From Octopus sinensis (Eukaryota), in NCBI RefSeq assembly GCF_006345805.1, contig NC_042999.1:159650001-159714000 (forward strand): a stretch of DNA of 64,000 bases, in the 5' to 3' direction. A program made the translations under genes and the position numbers. Shown here piece after piece: positions 50,553 through 63,804 of the stretch (the stretch's first letter is position 1; each line of letters begins with the position of its first letter). The notes below the pieces were generated by a model that was given only the letters and a program-made list of their open reading frames with translations, was not told the DNA's origin and searched no databases.

Positions 50553-50793
50553 GGGAGGTTCGATCAAAGGGATCGTAAAGGAGAGAAAGAGGACAAAAAT
50601 AAGGGGGGTAAAAAAAAAAAAAAAAAAAGGGGGGAGAGGAAAAAAATGATCATAGGGATCGTTATCACAGAATGTCAATATGAAGTGTAAAGGGGAGGAC
50701 AGGTGAGGTTTACCCGTGGAAGAAAAGCCTGCAGAAAAGACCACGGTAACCTCGGTCAATGAAGTCACATTTTATATTTCTTTTTTTTTTTTT

Positions 50794-50795
<2 letters not shown>
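50443..50795 (-). mobile_element. Tx1 3'-UTR fragment in a GATA array, copy 1
   Basis: Shares tat.tctttatt.gccacacagggctg and cacggtaacctcgg with the 3' end of the 11378 LINE. Confidence 0.8.
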
Positions 50796-50861
<66 letters not shown>

Positions 50862-50896
50862 TAGATAGACAGAGACAGACAGACAGACAGACAGAC

Positions 50897-50931
<35 letters not shown>

Positions 50932-50933
<2 letters not shown>

Positions 50934-51290
50934 TGTTTCTTTATTAGCCACACAGGGCTGCACACAGATAGAACAAATTACAAGGTAGAGCTTTTCTTTT
51001 GAAGGTAAAAAAAATAAATAATAAAAATAAATAAAAAAATAAATAGATAAATAAAAAAGGGGGGGCGATCAAAAGGGATCGTAAAAGGAGAGAAAGAGGA
51101 CAAAAAGGGGGGGGGTTAAAAAAAAGGGGGAGAGGAAAAAATTGATCAATAGGGATCGTTATCACAGAAATGTCAATATGAAGTGTAAAGGGGAGGACAG
51201 GTGAGGTTTACACGTGAAAGAAAAGCCTACGGAAAAGACCACGGTAACCTCGGTCAATGAAGTCACATGCTATATTTCTTTTTTTTTGCA
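50932..51290 (-). mobile_element. Tx1 3'-UTR fragment in a GATA array, copy 2
   Basis: Near-identical to copy 1, same truncation point. Confidence 0.8.
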
Positions 51291-51297
51291 CGTATCC

Positions 51298-51314
<17 letters not shown>

Positions 51315-51329
<15 letters not shown>

Positions 51330-51363
51330 CCATAGATAGAGAGATAGGTAAATAGATAGAAAC

Positions 51364-51437
<74 letters not shown>

Positions 51438-51496
51438 TGGTAGATAGGTAGATAGATAGGTAGGTAGGTAGATAGATAGATAGATAGATAGATAGG

Positions 51497-51532
<36 letters not shown>

Positions 51533-51541
51533 TAGATAGAT

Positions 51542-51579
<38 letters not shown>

Positions 51580-51623
51580 CAGACAGACGACAGACAGACA
51601 GACGACAGACAGACAGACAGATA

Positions 51624-51676
<53 letters not shown>

Positions 51677-51693
51677 CAGCCAGACAGACAGAC

Positions 51694-51763
<70 letters not shown>

Positions 51764-51813
51764 GTAGGTAGGTAGGTAGGTAGGTAGGTAGGTAGGTAGA
51801 CAGACAGACAGAC

Positions 51814-51897
<84 letters not shown>

Positions 51898-51917
51898 TGA
51901 TAGACAGACAGACAGAC
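51315..51917. repeat. (GATA)n/(GACA)n/(GGTA)n compound array
   Basis: Direct inspection. Confidence 0.95.
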
Positions 51918-51919
51918 AA

Positions 51920-53923
51920 TTCTCAAAAACTAATCAGAGCGCTACATAATTTATAGCCTTGCATACGGTTGATAAGACAGTATGTCAAACATATCGTCAG
52001 TCTTCTGGAAGATGATGCACTCTGGGATGCCACTATGACAGAGGCACAAATGTGCAAGTCTCCTATGCAGCTGAGTGGAGGCGCAATGGCCCAGTAGTTA
52101 AGGCAGCGGACTCGCGGTCATAGGATCGCAGTTTCGATTCCCAGACCGGGCGTTGTGAGTGTTTATTGAGCGAAAACACCTAAAAGCTCCACGAAGCTCC
52201 GACAGGGGATGGTGGTGATCCCTGCTGTACTCTTTCACCACAACTTTCTCTCACTCTTACTTCCTGTTTCTGTTGTACCTATATTTCAAGGGGCCGGCCT
52301 TGTCACTCTCTGTGTCACGTTGAATATCCCCGAGAACTACGTTAAGGGTGCTCGTGTCTGTGGAGTGCTCAGCCACTTACACGTTAATTTCACGAGCAGG
52401 CTGTTCCGTTGATTCGGATCAACCGGAATCCTCATCGTCGTAACCGACGGAGTGCTTCCATTATGCAGCTGAGAAACCTCTTCTCCATCATGCTGGTGAA
52501 CTGCAGATTGTCAAATCCAAACCAACTTTGGTTCAAAACAAGGAGGGGTTTTCTGAAGACATCCTTCAAAAAATTCAATATCAGTGTAACATCTTCAACG
52601 AGGCTTGAAAATTAACAGACGACAAGGTTCGATCACTCGGTGGAAACAAACTTGAAATCTGTGGTCTTCCAGCTCCTGTCAAAGATTTTCAACACAGATT
52701 AACACAATAGATAATCAGGGAAACATCATACAAGGAAAGTTTGCAAGTAGTTGTCAATGAAAAGGAACCAATTCTGGTACAGGACCAAAAGGAGGTATAC
52801 TGGCAAATTCTTACTGGTGGGGGTCTTTATCTTAGATGCTCCTGGAGTCACAGGAAAGACTCTATTGATCAGCCTGCTCCTTGCCAACGTGAGACAGAAG
52901 AAGAAGATTGCTCTGGCTGTTGCATCCTCTGGAATTGCAGCCACACACCTAACAGGTGGAAGTACAGCCCATTCATTATTCAAGCTACCTCTGAACTTCA
53001 TCCAAAATGAATCTCCGTTATGCTACATATCCAAGAATACAACGTTAGCAAAGCTCCTTATAGATGCCAAATTCCTTGTCTGGGATGAGGTAATAATGTC
53101 CCATAAGGCAGCCTTTGAAGTGTTTGATACAGCACTACCAGACTTCAGAAACAATAAGAAGATCATGGGTGGTGTCACCCTCCTCATCGCTGGTGACTTC
53201 AGGAAAACGCTGCCTGTCATTCTCAAGGGCAGATGAGCTGAATCCAAATTTGTTGTCTCTGCTTCCAGGACCTGAATGTTCATACAGATCAACTTTGTCC
53301 CTGATCAAGAACAGGCTACGCATTACCCAGTGGAGTTCCTCAATTCACTTTACCCACCAGGATTTTCACCACACATTCTGTTCATCAAAACAGGTGCTCC
53401 CATAATGCTACTATGAAACCTTGATGCAGCCAGACTCTGCAGTTAAAACAATAATTACAGGCAACATGATGGGTGAGAATGTCTTCATTCCAAGGATACT
53501 TCTCATCTCAAATGATCTCCCCTTTCAAATCAAATCAAGAGACTGCAGTTTCCTGTCAAACTTAGCTTTGCAATATCTATCAACAAAGAACAGGCTCAAT
53601 CTCCAAAGGTGGTGGGACTTAACCTCCTTCAACCTTGCTTCTCACATGGTCAGCTGTATGCTGGATGTTCTAGAGTTGGAGATGAAAAGAACCTCTACAT
53701 CATTCTCAGTGATAAACATGGCAAGACAGAAAACACAGCATATGAAGAAACACTTACATGAATAGTAAGTCCATATCATGTACAGAAGTGTAAAACCATT
53801 GAGTGTTGAAGTATCGCTATTACACTTTCACTTTTTGACTGACATGAGTGAATGTACACTACCGTCAGAAATTAATTAGCACCCTTGATTTGCTCTTCAC
53901 TCAAGGTATGTGCTGTCACCTAG
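51920..53923 (+). pseudogene. Autonomous-type Helitron 3' part: RepHel/PIF1 helicase pseudogene
   Basis: LLEDDALWD..QLRNLFSIMLVNC..PNQLW; DAPGVTGKT, VASSGIAA, TAHSLFKLP, VWDE, GDFRK; [28 protein letters not shown]; candidate hairpin ccttga/tcaagg + CTAG|t at 53920-24. Confidence 0.9.
52076..52461 (+). mobile_element. Family A SINE (tail i) inserted in the Helitron ORF
   Basis: 12-bp TSD tatgcagctgag at 52064-75 and 52462-73. Confidence 0.93.
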
Positions 53924-54278
53924 TGGCCATATCTCGAACTATTGCTTTGTTGCGAGTTCACTGTTGCGCAGAACGATGACGTAACTTTGTTTGCAGAGCA
54001 GTTTGAGAGTCTACAGCCTTATGATGTTGACATAGCAGTGCAACAACAACTTGGAGTGCGGATGCAGACAAATCTTCCTTTGTTTAATAGATATAGGTAG
54101 CGCCTCGCAAGGACCGAAATCACACCATACTAAGTTTTCTCATCGCGTAAGACGTTTTGAACAGCTCATATGTTAATTGATTTAACCTATTTAATGTAGA
54201 AATTTGAGAAGTGCTAATTAATTTCTGACGCAAGTGTATATGTGTGTGTATGAAAGAGAAACAATGACGTGATATATT

Positions 54279-54307
<29 letters not shown>

Positions 54308-54310
<3 letters not shown>

Positions 54311-54505
54311 CATCATCATCATTGTTCGACCGTGGTCGAGACAATGGAATTTACCATGCTACGCCAGACTTCACGGTCCATCATGGCATTACGGAGGTCC
54401 TGTTGCTGGATGCCTGTATCCCTGGAGATTACATCAGGGTAGGAGAGTGTGCGCCCTCTGGTATTGCGAGTAGATGGCTTCCAGAGGAGAAGAGTAGAAA
54501 TTACT
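54308..54505 (-). pseudogene. RTE LINE 3' end
   Basis: RGRTLSYPDVISRDTG..DLRNAMMDREVWRSMV, then (TGA)n tail. Confidence 0.8.
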
Positions 54506-54849
54506 TCTTTTTCAGCTCTGTGTGTGTGTACTCAACGCACAGCCTTTCATTGTTTATAATATGTAACTGGTTTTTTTTTTTGGTTACGAAATAAGTCAGA
54601 CAAACGGACATTTACTTATATACATGAGTTGAAAACTTTCTTTTCACATTTCACTTAACGTTTATGTTCCATGCTAGCATGGGTTGCAGGGTTGTGTAGA
54701 AAGTTGGTATCTCAGCTACTAGCAGTTGAGACCTGCGTAATCTAGACGGCGTTTTTAAATTTCATTATTTTCTTTAACCCGGGCAACACCAGGTATTTCT
54801 GCTAATGTATATGAGTGTGTGTATGTATGGGTGTGTGTGTGTGTATATT

Positions 54850-55257
54850 CTTTTACTCTTTTACTTGTTTCAGTCATTTGACTGCGGCCATGCTGGAGCA
54901 CCGCCTTTAGTTTGAGCAAATCGACCCCGGGACTTATTCTTTGTAAGTCCAGTACTTATTCTATCGGTCTCTTTTGCCGAACCGCTAAGTTACGGGGACG
55001 TAAACACACCAGCATCGGTTGTCAAGCGATGTTGGAGGGACAAACACAGACACACAAACACACACACACACATACATATATATACATATATACGACAGGC
55101 TTCTTTCAGTTTCTGTCTACCAAATCCACTCACAAGGCATTGGTCGGCCCGGGGCTATAGCAGAAGACACTTGCCCAAGATGTCACGCGGTGGGACTGAA
55201 CCCGGAACCATGTGGTTGGTTAGCAAGCTACTTACCACACAGCCACTCCTGCGCCTA
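54850..55257 (-). mobile_element. Family C SINE, full length
   Basis: Homology to other copies. Confidence 0.9.
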
Positions 55258-55295
55258 TATATATGTGTGTGTGCGTGTGTATGTATGTATGTATG

Positions 55296-55359
<64 letters not shown>

Positions 55360-55371
<12 letters not shown>

Positions 55372-55869
55372 TGTAGTTGTGTGAGTGTCTGTCTCCTACG
55401 ATTTAGATTCCTAACTCCTCCCACATTTTGCGGTGCAGTTTAACCAAATTCGGGTATCTTATAGTCGTGATTAATATCGAGCCCGTCTGGTTATTAGCGC
55501 GCGTCTACGATGAGTCTACGATTTTAAAAATAATTTAACATAATTTTTTATTCCATTTTAATGCATAATTTTTCGTGTGTCGATGGCGGCGGAGTTGGCG
55601 TCCACGCTCACAGCTGCACCTGTGTTTGCTTCTCCCCCTTCTTCCCTCCCTCGTGAATCTGTGGGGAAGGGAGTTTAAGGAAATCAACGTCGTAATGCGT
55701 TGTCAAGGAGACCAGCGTTCTTTTAGAACAACGACTTCATGGCTTGAAGACACCAAAACAGAAATGGCTAAGAAAGCCCGAATTGGCATCTATAAGGGAA
55801 GTAAGTCTCTAAAAATGCTTATATAGTTATTTCCCTTACAAACCCGAGCAACGCCGGGCGATACTGCTA

Positions 55870-55870
<1 letters not shown>
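55360..55870 (+). mobile_element. Non-autonomous Helitron with an extra ~215-bp interior segment
   Basis: Same termini as 24729-25130; additional GC-richer sequence at ~55575-55790. Confidence 0.85.
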
Positions 55871-55913
<43 letters not shown>

Positions 55914-56316
55914 TGTGAGAACACAGCAACATCAGTTAGTTATGGTATTAAGAAGTTGAACAATAGGCAGTATTTACTGAGGTACGTTTTTGATTTGGCC
56001 TTGTGTTTGCTTTGCAAATGTTTTATTTTAACCGTAGGCTTCCATAGACTTGAGAAAATTAAGAATAATATAGAAATGTTATATCAAATGGAAACATAAG
56101 ATTAAAGAAAAACATCTCTAAGTCATTAATTTGCAAAATAACAAATTCGAACTGATCGAATCTATACAGTAACATGTATACCATTCGAGCTGGAATTCTA
56201 TTATTCGATTCATGCCTTCTTCAAAACTAATGGAATTATGAAACTTTACTGTACTGTGCATCAACTTGTTATATTTATGCTAATTTTATTTCTCTAGATT
56301 GTATAGCAGACATCTA

Positions 56317-56789
56317 GGAGGCGCAATGGCCCAGAGGTTAGGGCAGCGGACTCGCGGTAGGAGGCGCAATGGCCCAGTGGTTAGGGCAGCGGACTCGCGG
56401 TAGGAGGCGCAATGGCCCAGTGGTTAGGGCAGCGGACTCGCGGTAGGAGGCGCAATGGCCCAGAGGTTAGGGCAGCGGACTCGCGGTAGGAGGCGCAATG
56501 GCCCAGAGGTTAGGGCAGCGGACTCGCAGTAGGAGGCGCAATGGCCCAGTGGTTAGGGCAGCGGACTCGCGGTAGGAGGCGCAATGGCCCAGAGGTTAGG
56601 GCAGCGGACTCGCGGTAGGAGGCGCAATGCCCCAGAGGTTAGGGCAGCGGACTCGCGGTAGGAGGCGCAATGGCCCAGTGGTTAGGGCAGCGGACTCGCG
56701 GTAGGAGGCGCAATGGCCCAGTGGTTAGGGCAGCGGACTCGCGGTAGAAGGCGCAATGGCCCAGAGGTTAGGGCAGCGGACTCGCGGTA
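56317..56789 (+). repeat. Minisatellite: 11 x 43-bp SINE A head units
   Basis: Units start every 43 bp from 56317 to 56747. Confidence 0.95.
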
Positions 56790-57173
56790 GGAGGCGCAAT
56801 GGCCCAGTGGTTAGGGCAGCGGACTCGCGGTCGTAGGATCGCGGTTTCGATTCCCAGACCGGGCGTTGTGAGTGTTTATTGAGCGAAAACACCTAAAGCT
56901 CCACGAGGCTCCGGCAGGGGATGGTGGTGATCCCTGCTGTACTCTTTCACCACAACTTTCTCTCACTCTTTCTTCCTGTTTCTGTTGTACCTGTATTTCA
57001 AAGGGCCGGCCTTGTCACTCTCTGTGTCACGCTGAATATCCCCGAGAACTACATTAAGGGTACACGTGTCTGTGGAGTGCTCAGCCACTTACACGTTAAT
57101 TTCACGAGCAGGCTGTTCCGTTGATCGGATCAACCGGAACCCTCGTCGTCGTAACCGACGGAGTGCTTCCATC
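56790..57173 (+). mobile_element. Family A SINE (tail i) terminating the head array
   Basis: 12-bp TSD atagcagacatc at 56303-14 and 57174-85 encloses array plus SINE. Confidence 0.92.
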
Positions 57174-57430
57174 ATAGCAGACATCCCCAAGTAATTTGAA
57201 GTTCATGAACCTGGAAAGACCACTCTACACTTTGTACAACTAGAAGGTATATAAGTCTTACTTGCCCATGGGGATTATTTTTTCCATTTCGCATATACCA
57301 CAACCTTGGCCTATTCTTACTCTGATGTAATTACACTATACTACCACGTTTGAGATGCAAAGTGATTTATAACTTACCACCATCAAAACTGGGTACTTCA
57401 CCACGTGGTATGTATCCTACAAGTATGTAA

Positions 57431-57844
57431 AGGCGGCGAGCTGGCAGAAACGTTAGCACGCCGGGCGAAATGCTTAGCGGTATTTCGTCTGCGTTACGTT
57501 GTGAGTTCAAATTCCGCCGAGGTCGACTTTGCCTTTCATCCTTTCGGGGTCGATAAATTAAGTACCAGTTACGAACTGGAGTCGATGTAATCGACTTAAT
57601 ACCTATGTCTGTCCTTGTTTGTCCCCTCTGTGTTTAGCCCCTTGTGGGTAGTAAAGAAATAGGTATTTCGTCTGCGTTACGTTGTGAGTTCGAATTCCGC
57701 CGAGGTCGACTTTGCCTTTCATCCTTTCGGGGTCGATAAATTAAGTACCAGTTACGCACTGGGGTCGATGTAATCGACTTAATACCTATGTCTGTCCTTG
57801 TTTGTCCCCTCTGTGTTTAGCCCCTTGTGGGTAATAAAGAAATA
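57431..57844 (+). mobile_element. Family B SINE with internal tandem duplication
   Basis: 18-bp TSD ggtatgtatcctacaagt (57407-24, 57845-62); ~183-bp body repeated. Confidence 0.9.
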
Positions 57845-58139
57845 GGTATGTATCCTACAAGTTAATATACCGTGGAGCATATAATAGAATCAACTCATAT
57901 CGCTGATTTCCTAAAGTATTCACTTGACCTGAACTAACGGAGGCCGAAATATCTACACCTGGAAACTATTTTTTTTCTCTTCTTCGTGACTCCGCAAGTC
58001 TAAGAAAGTGGATGCATTCTCTGCCAACGACATTTTAAGCAATGTGGACCAAGACAACTTTATAACACACGCGCGCGTGCACATATGTGTATATGCATAT
58101 GCATGATACGTGTGTGTGTGTGTGTGTGTGTGTAGCAGT

Positions 58140-58400
58140 GTACTCTCTTTACTCTTTTACTCGTTTCAGTCATTTGACTGCGGCCATGCTGGAGCACCGC
58201 CTTTAGTCGAGCAAATCGACCCCGGGACTTATTCTTTGTAAGCCCAGTACTTATTCTATCGGTATCATTTTGCCGAACCGCTAAGTGACGGGGACGTAAA
58301 CACACCAGCATCGGTTGTCAAGCAATGCTAGGGGGACAAACACAGACACACAAACACACACACATACATATATATATTTATATATATATATATATATATA
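58140..58400 (-). mobile_element. Family C SINE 3' half
   Basis: Homology to other copies. Confidence 0.85.
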
Positions 58401-58771
58401 TAAATTAGGATGTGGTGTTCGAGAGAATTTTGCTATTTCTATCACGTCTAGCGACTACGTACTTGCTGGTTGCTGTTGTTTCATTCGCACATATACGCAT
58501 ATATACATAAAACAACAGGGCGTAGTTTAAGGGATACGCTGATAGGTCTATTAGTTCTAGCTCAGATACAAAGTCATTCTGGATGAACCGTATTTATGAA
58601 GAAAGGAATTGCGGCCGCAACCATCTTACCTCTTTCTCAGGCACAGTGATACAGAAATACTATTGGTGACAACTCTGATTGGATTTATGAGGATGGCTAT
58701 AACCAGTTGTTTGTTTTTGTTACTACTGCTGCTGTTGATGATGATGTTGATGGTAAAGTTGCTGCTGATGT

Positions 58772-58817
<46 letters not shown>

Positions 58818-58962
58818 TATGACGACGACGACGACGACGACGATAATCATAATGAGGATAATGCTATCCTTCGTGTTTAACTGCAATTTTGTCCTGAGCG
58901 CCCAAACCTATTTTGAAAAGCCTATTTTCTTGTATACGAGTCTACGTTGCATTGCTATATAT

Positions 58963-59007
<45 letters not shown>

Positions 59008-59059
59008 TATAATATATAATATATATATATAATATATATATGTACATATATATGCGCAT

Positions 59060-59125
<66 letters not shown>

Positions 59126-59229
59126 CAGAGACACGCAGAAAGTAAATAGACACCTTAATTTTCAAAGTTTCTGATCTAAGCATCTTAATATGTTTTCAGT
59201 GGTGTAGAATTTACAATGTAATTATTCTT

Positions 59230-59900
59230 TTTCATTCCAGGCACCATTATATTAAACATTTGCGAAAAGTAACCATGCCACGCACAAAAAATTCAGTAGA
59301 ACTGTCAGATTTTCTAAGAGCAATCTGTTGGCCATCTGAGGCTGCTCTTAGCCAGCGAAAAATTGCCGAAAACCTTCAAATTCCTCTTGCTACTGTTAAT
59401 AGAATTATAGGGCAATTCAAAAGCCAAGGAAACGGATCAACAAATTCTCGTCCCGGCCGACTTGGACCCTCAGAAAGGAAGCTTCGCTGTTTGAAGAGAA
59501 TTGTGGAAAACGAACCCCGTTCGAAGGCTTCTGACATTGCAAAACAGCTAGAAGATAGTCCAAGAACGTGTGTTACATATCTGCCTAAGCTTGGGTATTA
59601 TGGACGAGCAGCTAGAAGAAAACCTCTCCTTCAGCTAATTAATATAATGAAAAGAAAGAAATGGGCTACATATACGAATATATACAAACATGCTACAAGT
59701 TCAAATATGCTTTTGGCATATTCGAATCTGTAAGAAAGCATTCGTCATAGAGAAAGTTTCTTCCTGTGGGCAGATAGGTGTAAATACACCAAGTCAGTCG
59801 GCAGCTCCTCCTAACAAGACTGGTGGATGCATGCATTTCGGAGTAGTTATCTCCTCCTCAGCACCAGAGATCGGAAAGGTAAACGCTACGAGCTGAAAGG
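59230..59900 (+). pseudogene. Tc1 transposase fragment
   Basis: SQRKIAENLQIPLATVNRII, RPGR, LGYYGRAARRKPLL. Confidence 0.78.
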
Positions 59901-60157
59901 AGAGATGGATCTCTCTTACATATTTCCGTCATCGTACTACAACCGGTCGCGCTAATCGGCGGCACATCGTAAATGAAATGCGGAGCAAAAGCACTAAGCA
60001 GTAATGCGTATGAATACAAACACGTTACCATTGCTTGAGGTATACTCGAACTTGTAAGCCACTGATTGCATTTTGTCATGAAGAAAATTTCCAATTACGT
60101 TTCATATATTCTTTTACCTGTTTCAGTCATCAGACTGTGGCTATGTATATATGTGTA

Positions 60158-61012
60158 CAGGGGTTGGACAAAATAATGGAAAACCTAGCATCATAGCATC
60201 ATAATTTTGAAATATCTATAAAACCGTCAAGAGCTTGTTTATTTTTATGTTTTTTTTTTATTTGTGTTGCTTAATGTGTTTTGCTAAAATTGCTGTTTCT
60301 TTTCAGATATCATCACAAAAAGGTAATTAAAATTCATTAGAATTGCAGATCTATCGGACTTCAAATCGTTGGTGCTCATATGGCAGTCGCTAGCGTAACA
60401 AAAACAACCGAAATGTTTGGTGTATCAAGAAGTACTGTCTCGAAAGTAATGAGAGCCTTTGAGAAGGAGAGAAAAACCTCTTCGTTGAAACAAAACTCCG
60501 GAAGAAAGCCAAAACTTTCAGATAGGGACTGTCGGACTCTTACACGAATTGTTAGAAAGGATCACAAAAGTACAGCTCCCAAAATTACAGAAGAGCTTAA
60601 TGACCACCTCAAGAACCCAGATTTCACAAAAACAGTTCGCCGGGAGTTGCACAAAGCCAGATTTCACGGGAGGACTGCAATCAGAAAACCACTACTTTCA
60701 AAAACAAATGTTGCAAAGGGTTTAGAGTAGAGTAAAAACCTATAGAATTGGTCCCCAGAGCAGTGGAGGAAGGTTATTTTCTCGGACGAGTCATCCTTTA
60801 CCTTATTTCCGACCATCGGCCGAGTAAACGTGTAGAGACAGCCAAAAGAAACATTTGACCCAGACTGCCTTCTTCCAATTGCTAAACATGGAGGAGGATC
60901 TGTGATGATCTGGGGTGGGGAGCTATATCTTGGAAATCCGCCGACCCAATGGTTTCCCTTCATGGCAGAATTAATAGTCAAGACTATTTAAGCACTTTAT
61001 CTGATCAAATTC
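60158..61012 (+). mobile_element. 3'-truncated Tc1 element
   Basis: ta|CAGGGTTGGACAAAATAATGG terminus; GVSRSTVSK, SGRKPKLS, RKPLLS, VIFSDES, KHGGGSVMIWG. Confidence 0.85.
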
Positions 61013-61159
61013 AGGGAGAGTTGTATATATGCAAAGAGCATCATTTATAGACATATAATGAAAGCACGACTGTGTTCTAGCTTTTTCTTTTTATCAATGT
61101 TTCATTTTAGCCCAAATCATTTATTCCTTTAACTGCAGTCGTTTGGAGCATTATAACGT

Positions 61160-61393
61160 CTAAATCCCTTATCAACATTTACTCTTTTACTTGTTTCAGT
61201 CATTTGACTGCGGCCATGCTGGAGCACCGCCTTTTAGTCGAGCAAATCTACCCCGGGACTTATTCTTTGTAAGCCCAGTACTTATTCTATCGGTCTCTTT
61301 TGCCGAACCGCTAAGTGACGGGGACGTAAACACACCAGCATCGGTGGTCAAGCAATGCTAGGGGGACAAACACATACACACAAACATATACAC

Positions 61394-61424
<31 letters not shown>

Positions 61425-61590
61425 CGACGGGCTTCTTTCAGTTTCCGTCTACCAAATCCATTCACAAGGCATTGGTCGGCCCGGGGCTATAGCAGAAGAC
61501 ACTTGCCCAAGGTGCCACGCAGTGGGACTGAACCCAGAACCATGTGGTTGGTTAGCAAGCTACTTACCACACAGCCACTCCTGCGCCTAG
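61160..61590 (-). mobile_element. Family C SINE, full length
   Basis: Homology to other copies. Confidence 0.9.
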
Positions 61591-62029
61591 ACATTCAAAT
61601 AGAAGCCTTATATCTTTACAAATCACGTCTATTATAAAAGCAACAGTTTGTTTTAATATAAAAGTCTGAAGCTACAGAAACGCTGATGATGGATCTAGAT
61701 TATTACTACTCCAAACATACTGCAAATAACATATACGGAAATATAAGAAACAAAACCGATAAAAAAAAAACCCAGAATTTAACCGTATTTTAAACACAAA
61801 TATATACAGTGTATGGGAATGCGTGTGCGTTAGTGCATGCGTGCATGCGGTGTGTGTGTGTGTGTTGTATGTGTGTGTGTGTGTGTGTGCTTACCTTCCC
61901 AGAAGACAGAGATAAAGGGAGTGAAAGAAAGGGAGAGAGAGAAGAGAGATAATGTCACAAAATAAGTGAATTACTTCCATAGCTGGCGTATAAAATTTTC
62001 CGCATAGATAGTTAGATAGATAGATAGAT

Positions 62030-62033
62030 GTAC

Positions 62034-62066
<33 letters not shown>

Positions 62067-62154
62067 ATATATAATATATATATATGAAAATATGTATGTA
62101 TATATGTATCTTGAAATTATGTATGCATGTATGTATATGTATGTATGTATATAC

Positions 62155-62228
<74 letters not shown>

Positions 62229-62259
62229 CATATATATAAATATATACATATATATATAC

Positions 62260-62290
<31 letters not shown>

Positions 62291-62493
62291 CATATATATA
62301 TATACATATATATACATACATATATATATACATATACATATATATATACATATACATATACATATATATATACATATACATATATATATACATATACATT
62401 TATATATACATATACATATATATATACATATACATATATATGCATATACATATATATGCATATATATATATACATATATATACATATATATAC

Positions 62494-62524
<31 letters not shown>

Positions 62525-62555
62525 CATATATATATATATGCATATATATGTATAC

Positions 62556-62588
<33 letters not shown>

Positions 62589-62750
62589 CATATATATATG
62601 TATGTATGTATGTATGTATATATACATATATATGCGTGTGAGTGTATGTGTGTATGTATATATATATATGTGTGTGTATATGTATGTGTAGATATATATA
62701 TAGCTTTGAAAATATGTATGTATGTATATGTGTGTGTGTGTACATATGTA

Positions 62751-62789
<39 letters not shown>

Positions 62790-62820
62790 TGTGTGTGTGT
62801 GTGTGTATACATATACATAA
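62030..62820. repeat. (TA)n/(ATAC)n low-complexity array
   Basis: Direct inspection. Confidence 0.95.
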
Positions 62821-63408
62821 ATTATTGCTGTAAAGTAAATTTATAATATTTATTATATATCATGCGTCGTTGTAAAAGCTTCCTATTTTTATTGTGAATA
62901 TACCTGCAAGAGTTTTCTTTAGATTCGCCCTTTATTCTTTTCATTTATTTCTCTTATAATTTCTGTTGATTCATTTCATTAATTTTCTGCTTCGTAGTTA
63001 TACACGAGTTAAATTCGTTTTTAGGATCATATTTTTTCCCTGTAGCTTCAAGAAACTAGATTATTTGTTTATGTATTAACCATAGGGGATTTTTTTATAG
63101 TTTTTATTTATCTATCTGTTGTATTTTTTCTGTATTTTTTTTTATTGCCGTGTCTGTTAATTCAGTATTGCAGTGCCAACAGTAAATTGAATATCCAAGA
63201 TATCGAGACAACATAATATCAATAAGAAGCGAAACTGTTTTGCGTGTGGAAAAGAGAGATAAAGAAAAAGAGGGAAGAAGAGAGGGGGAAAGGGTACAAA
63301 TTTCATTCCAATATCTATACGTTTTACTATTTAGTTAATCCATTTACATGACTAAATATTCTAAATGACTTATATTTCATTTAATTAATGACACCGCTAC
63401 GGAAAATG

Positions 63409-63804
63409 GGATGTTTTTCTAGCGATGTCAAATGAAATTGTCACCCATAATTATAACCCTAGTATCGATCTATTGCATTTCAATCTATTTTAGGGTTTTG
63501 TTTAGAGTTACGGTTAGGGTATCTTTTTTTCTTCGCAAATGTAAATAAACCCAATCTGTTTCTTAAACGAGGGACATATTCATACAGCACGGAATGTTTT
63601 CACCCCAAATGGAGGTCAGCGATTGGTTAAAATTGCCGAAATGCTCGAAATTAAAGTCGAAATATGTTACAACATATAGAATTTTCTCAATAAATCCAAG
63701 AAAAAATGATGTTTTATAAACACGTTCTACCAGTATACGAAGTTTAAAAGTGTTTAGTTAACTAGAAATTGTGTTGAAAACTGCCGTTCAAAAGGAAAAG
63801 ATCC
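63409..63804 (-). mobile_element. Older diverged copy of the Merlin-like MITE
   Basis: Homologous to 19078-19500; left TIR partly deleted. Confidence 0.8.

Noticed and set aside
56317-56789. CRISPR-like regular array
   Set aside because: Units are contiguous with no unique spacers, derive from a SINE head, and the context is eukaryotic with no cas genes.
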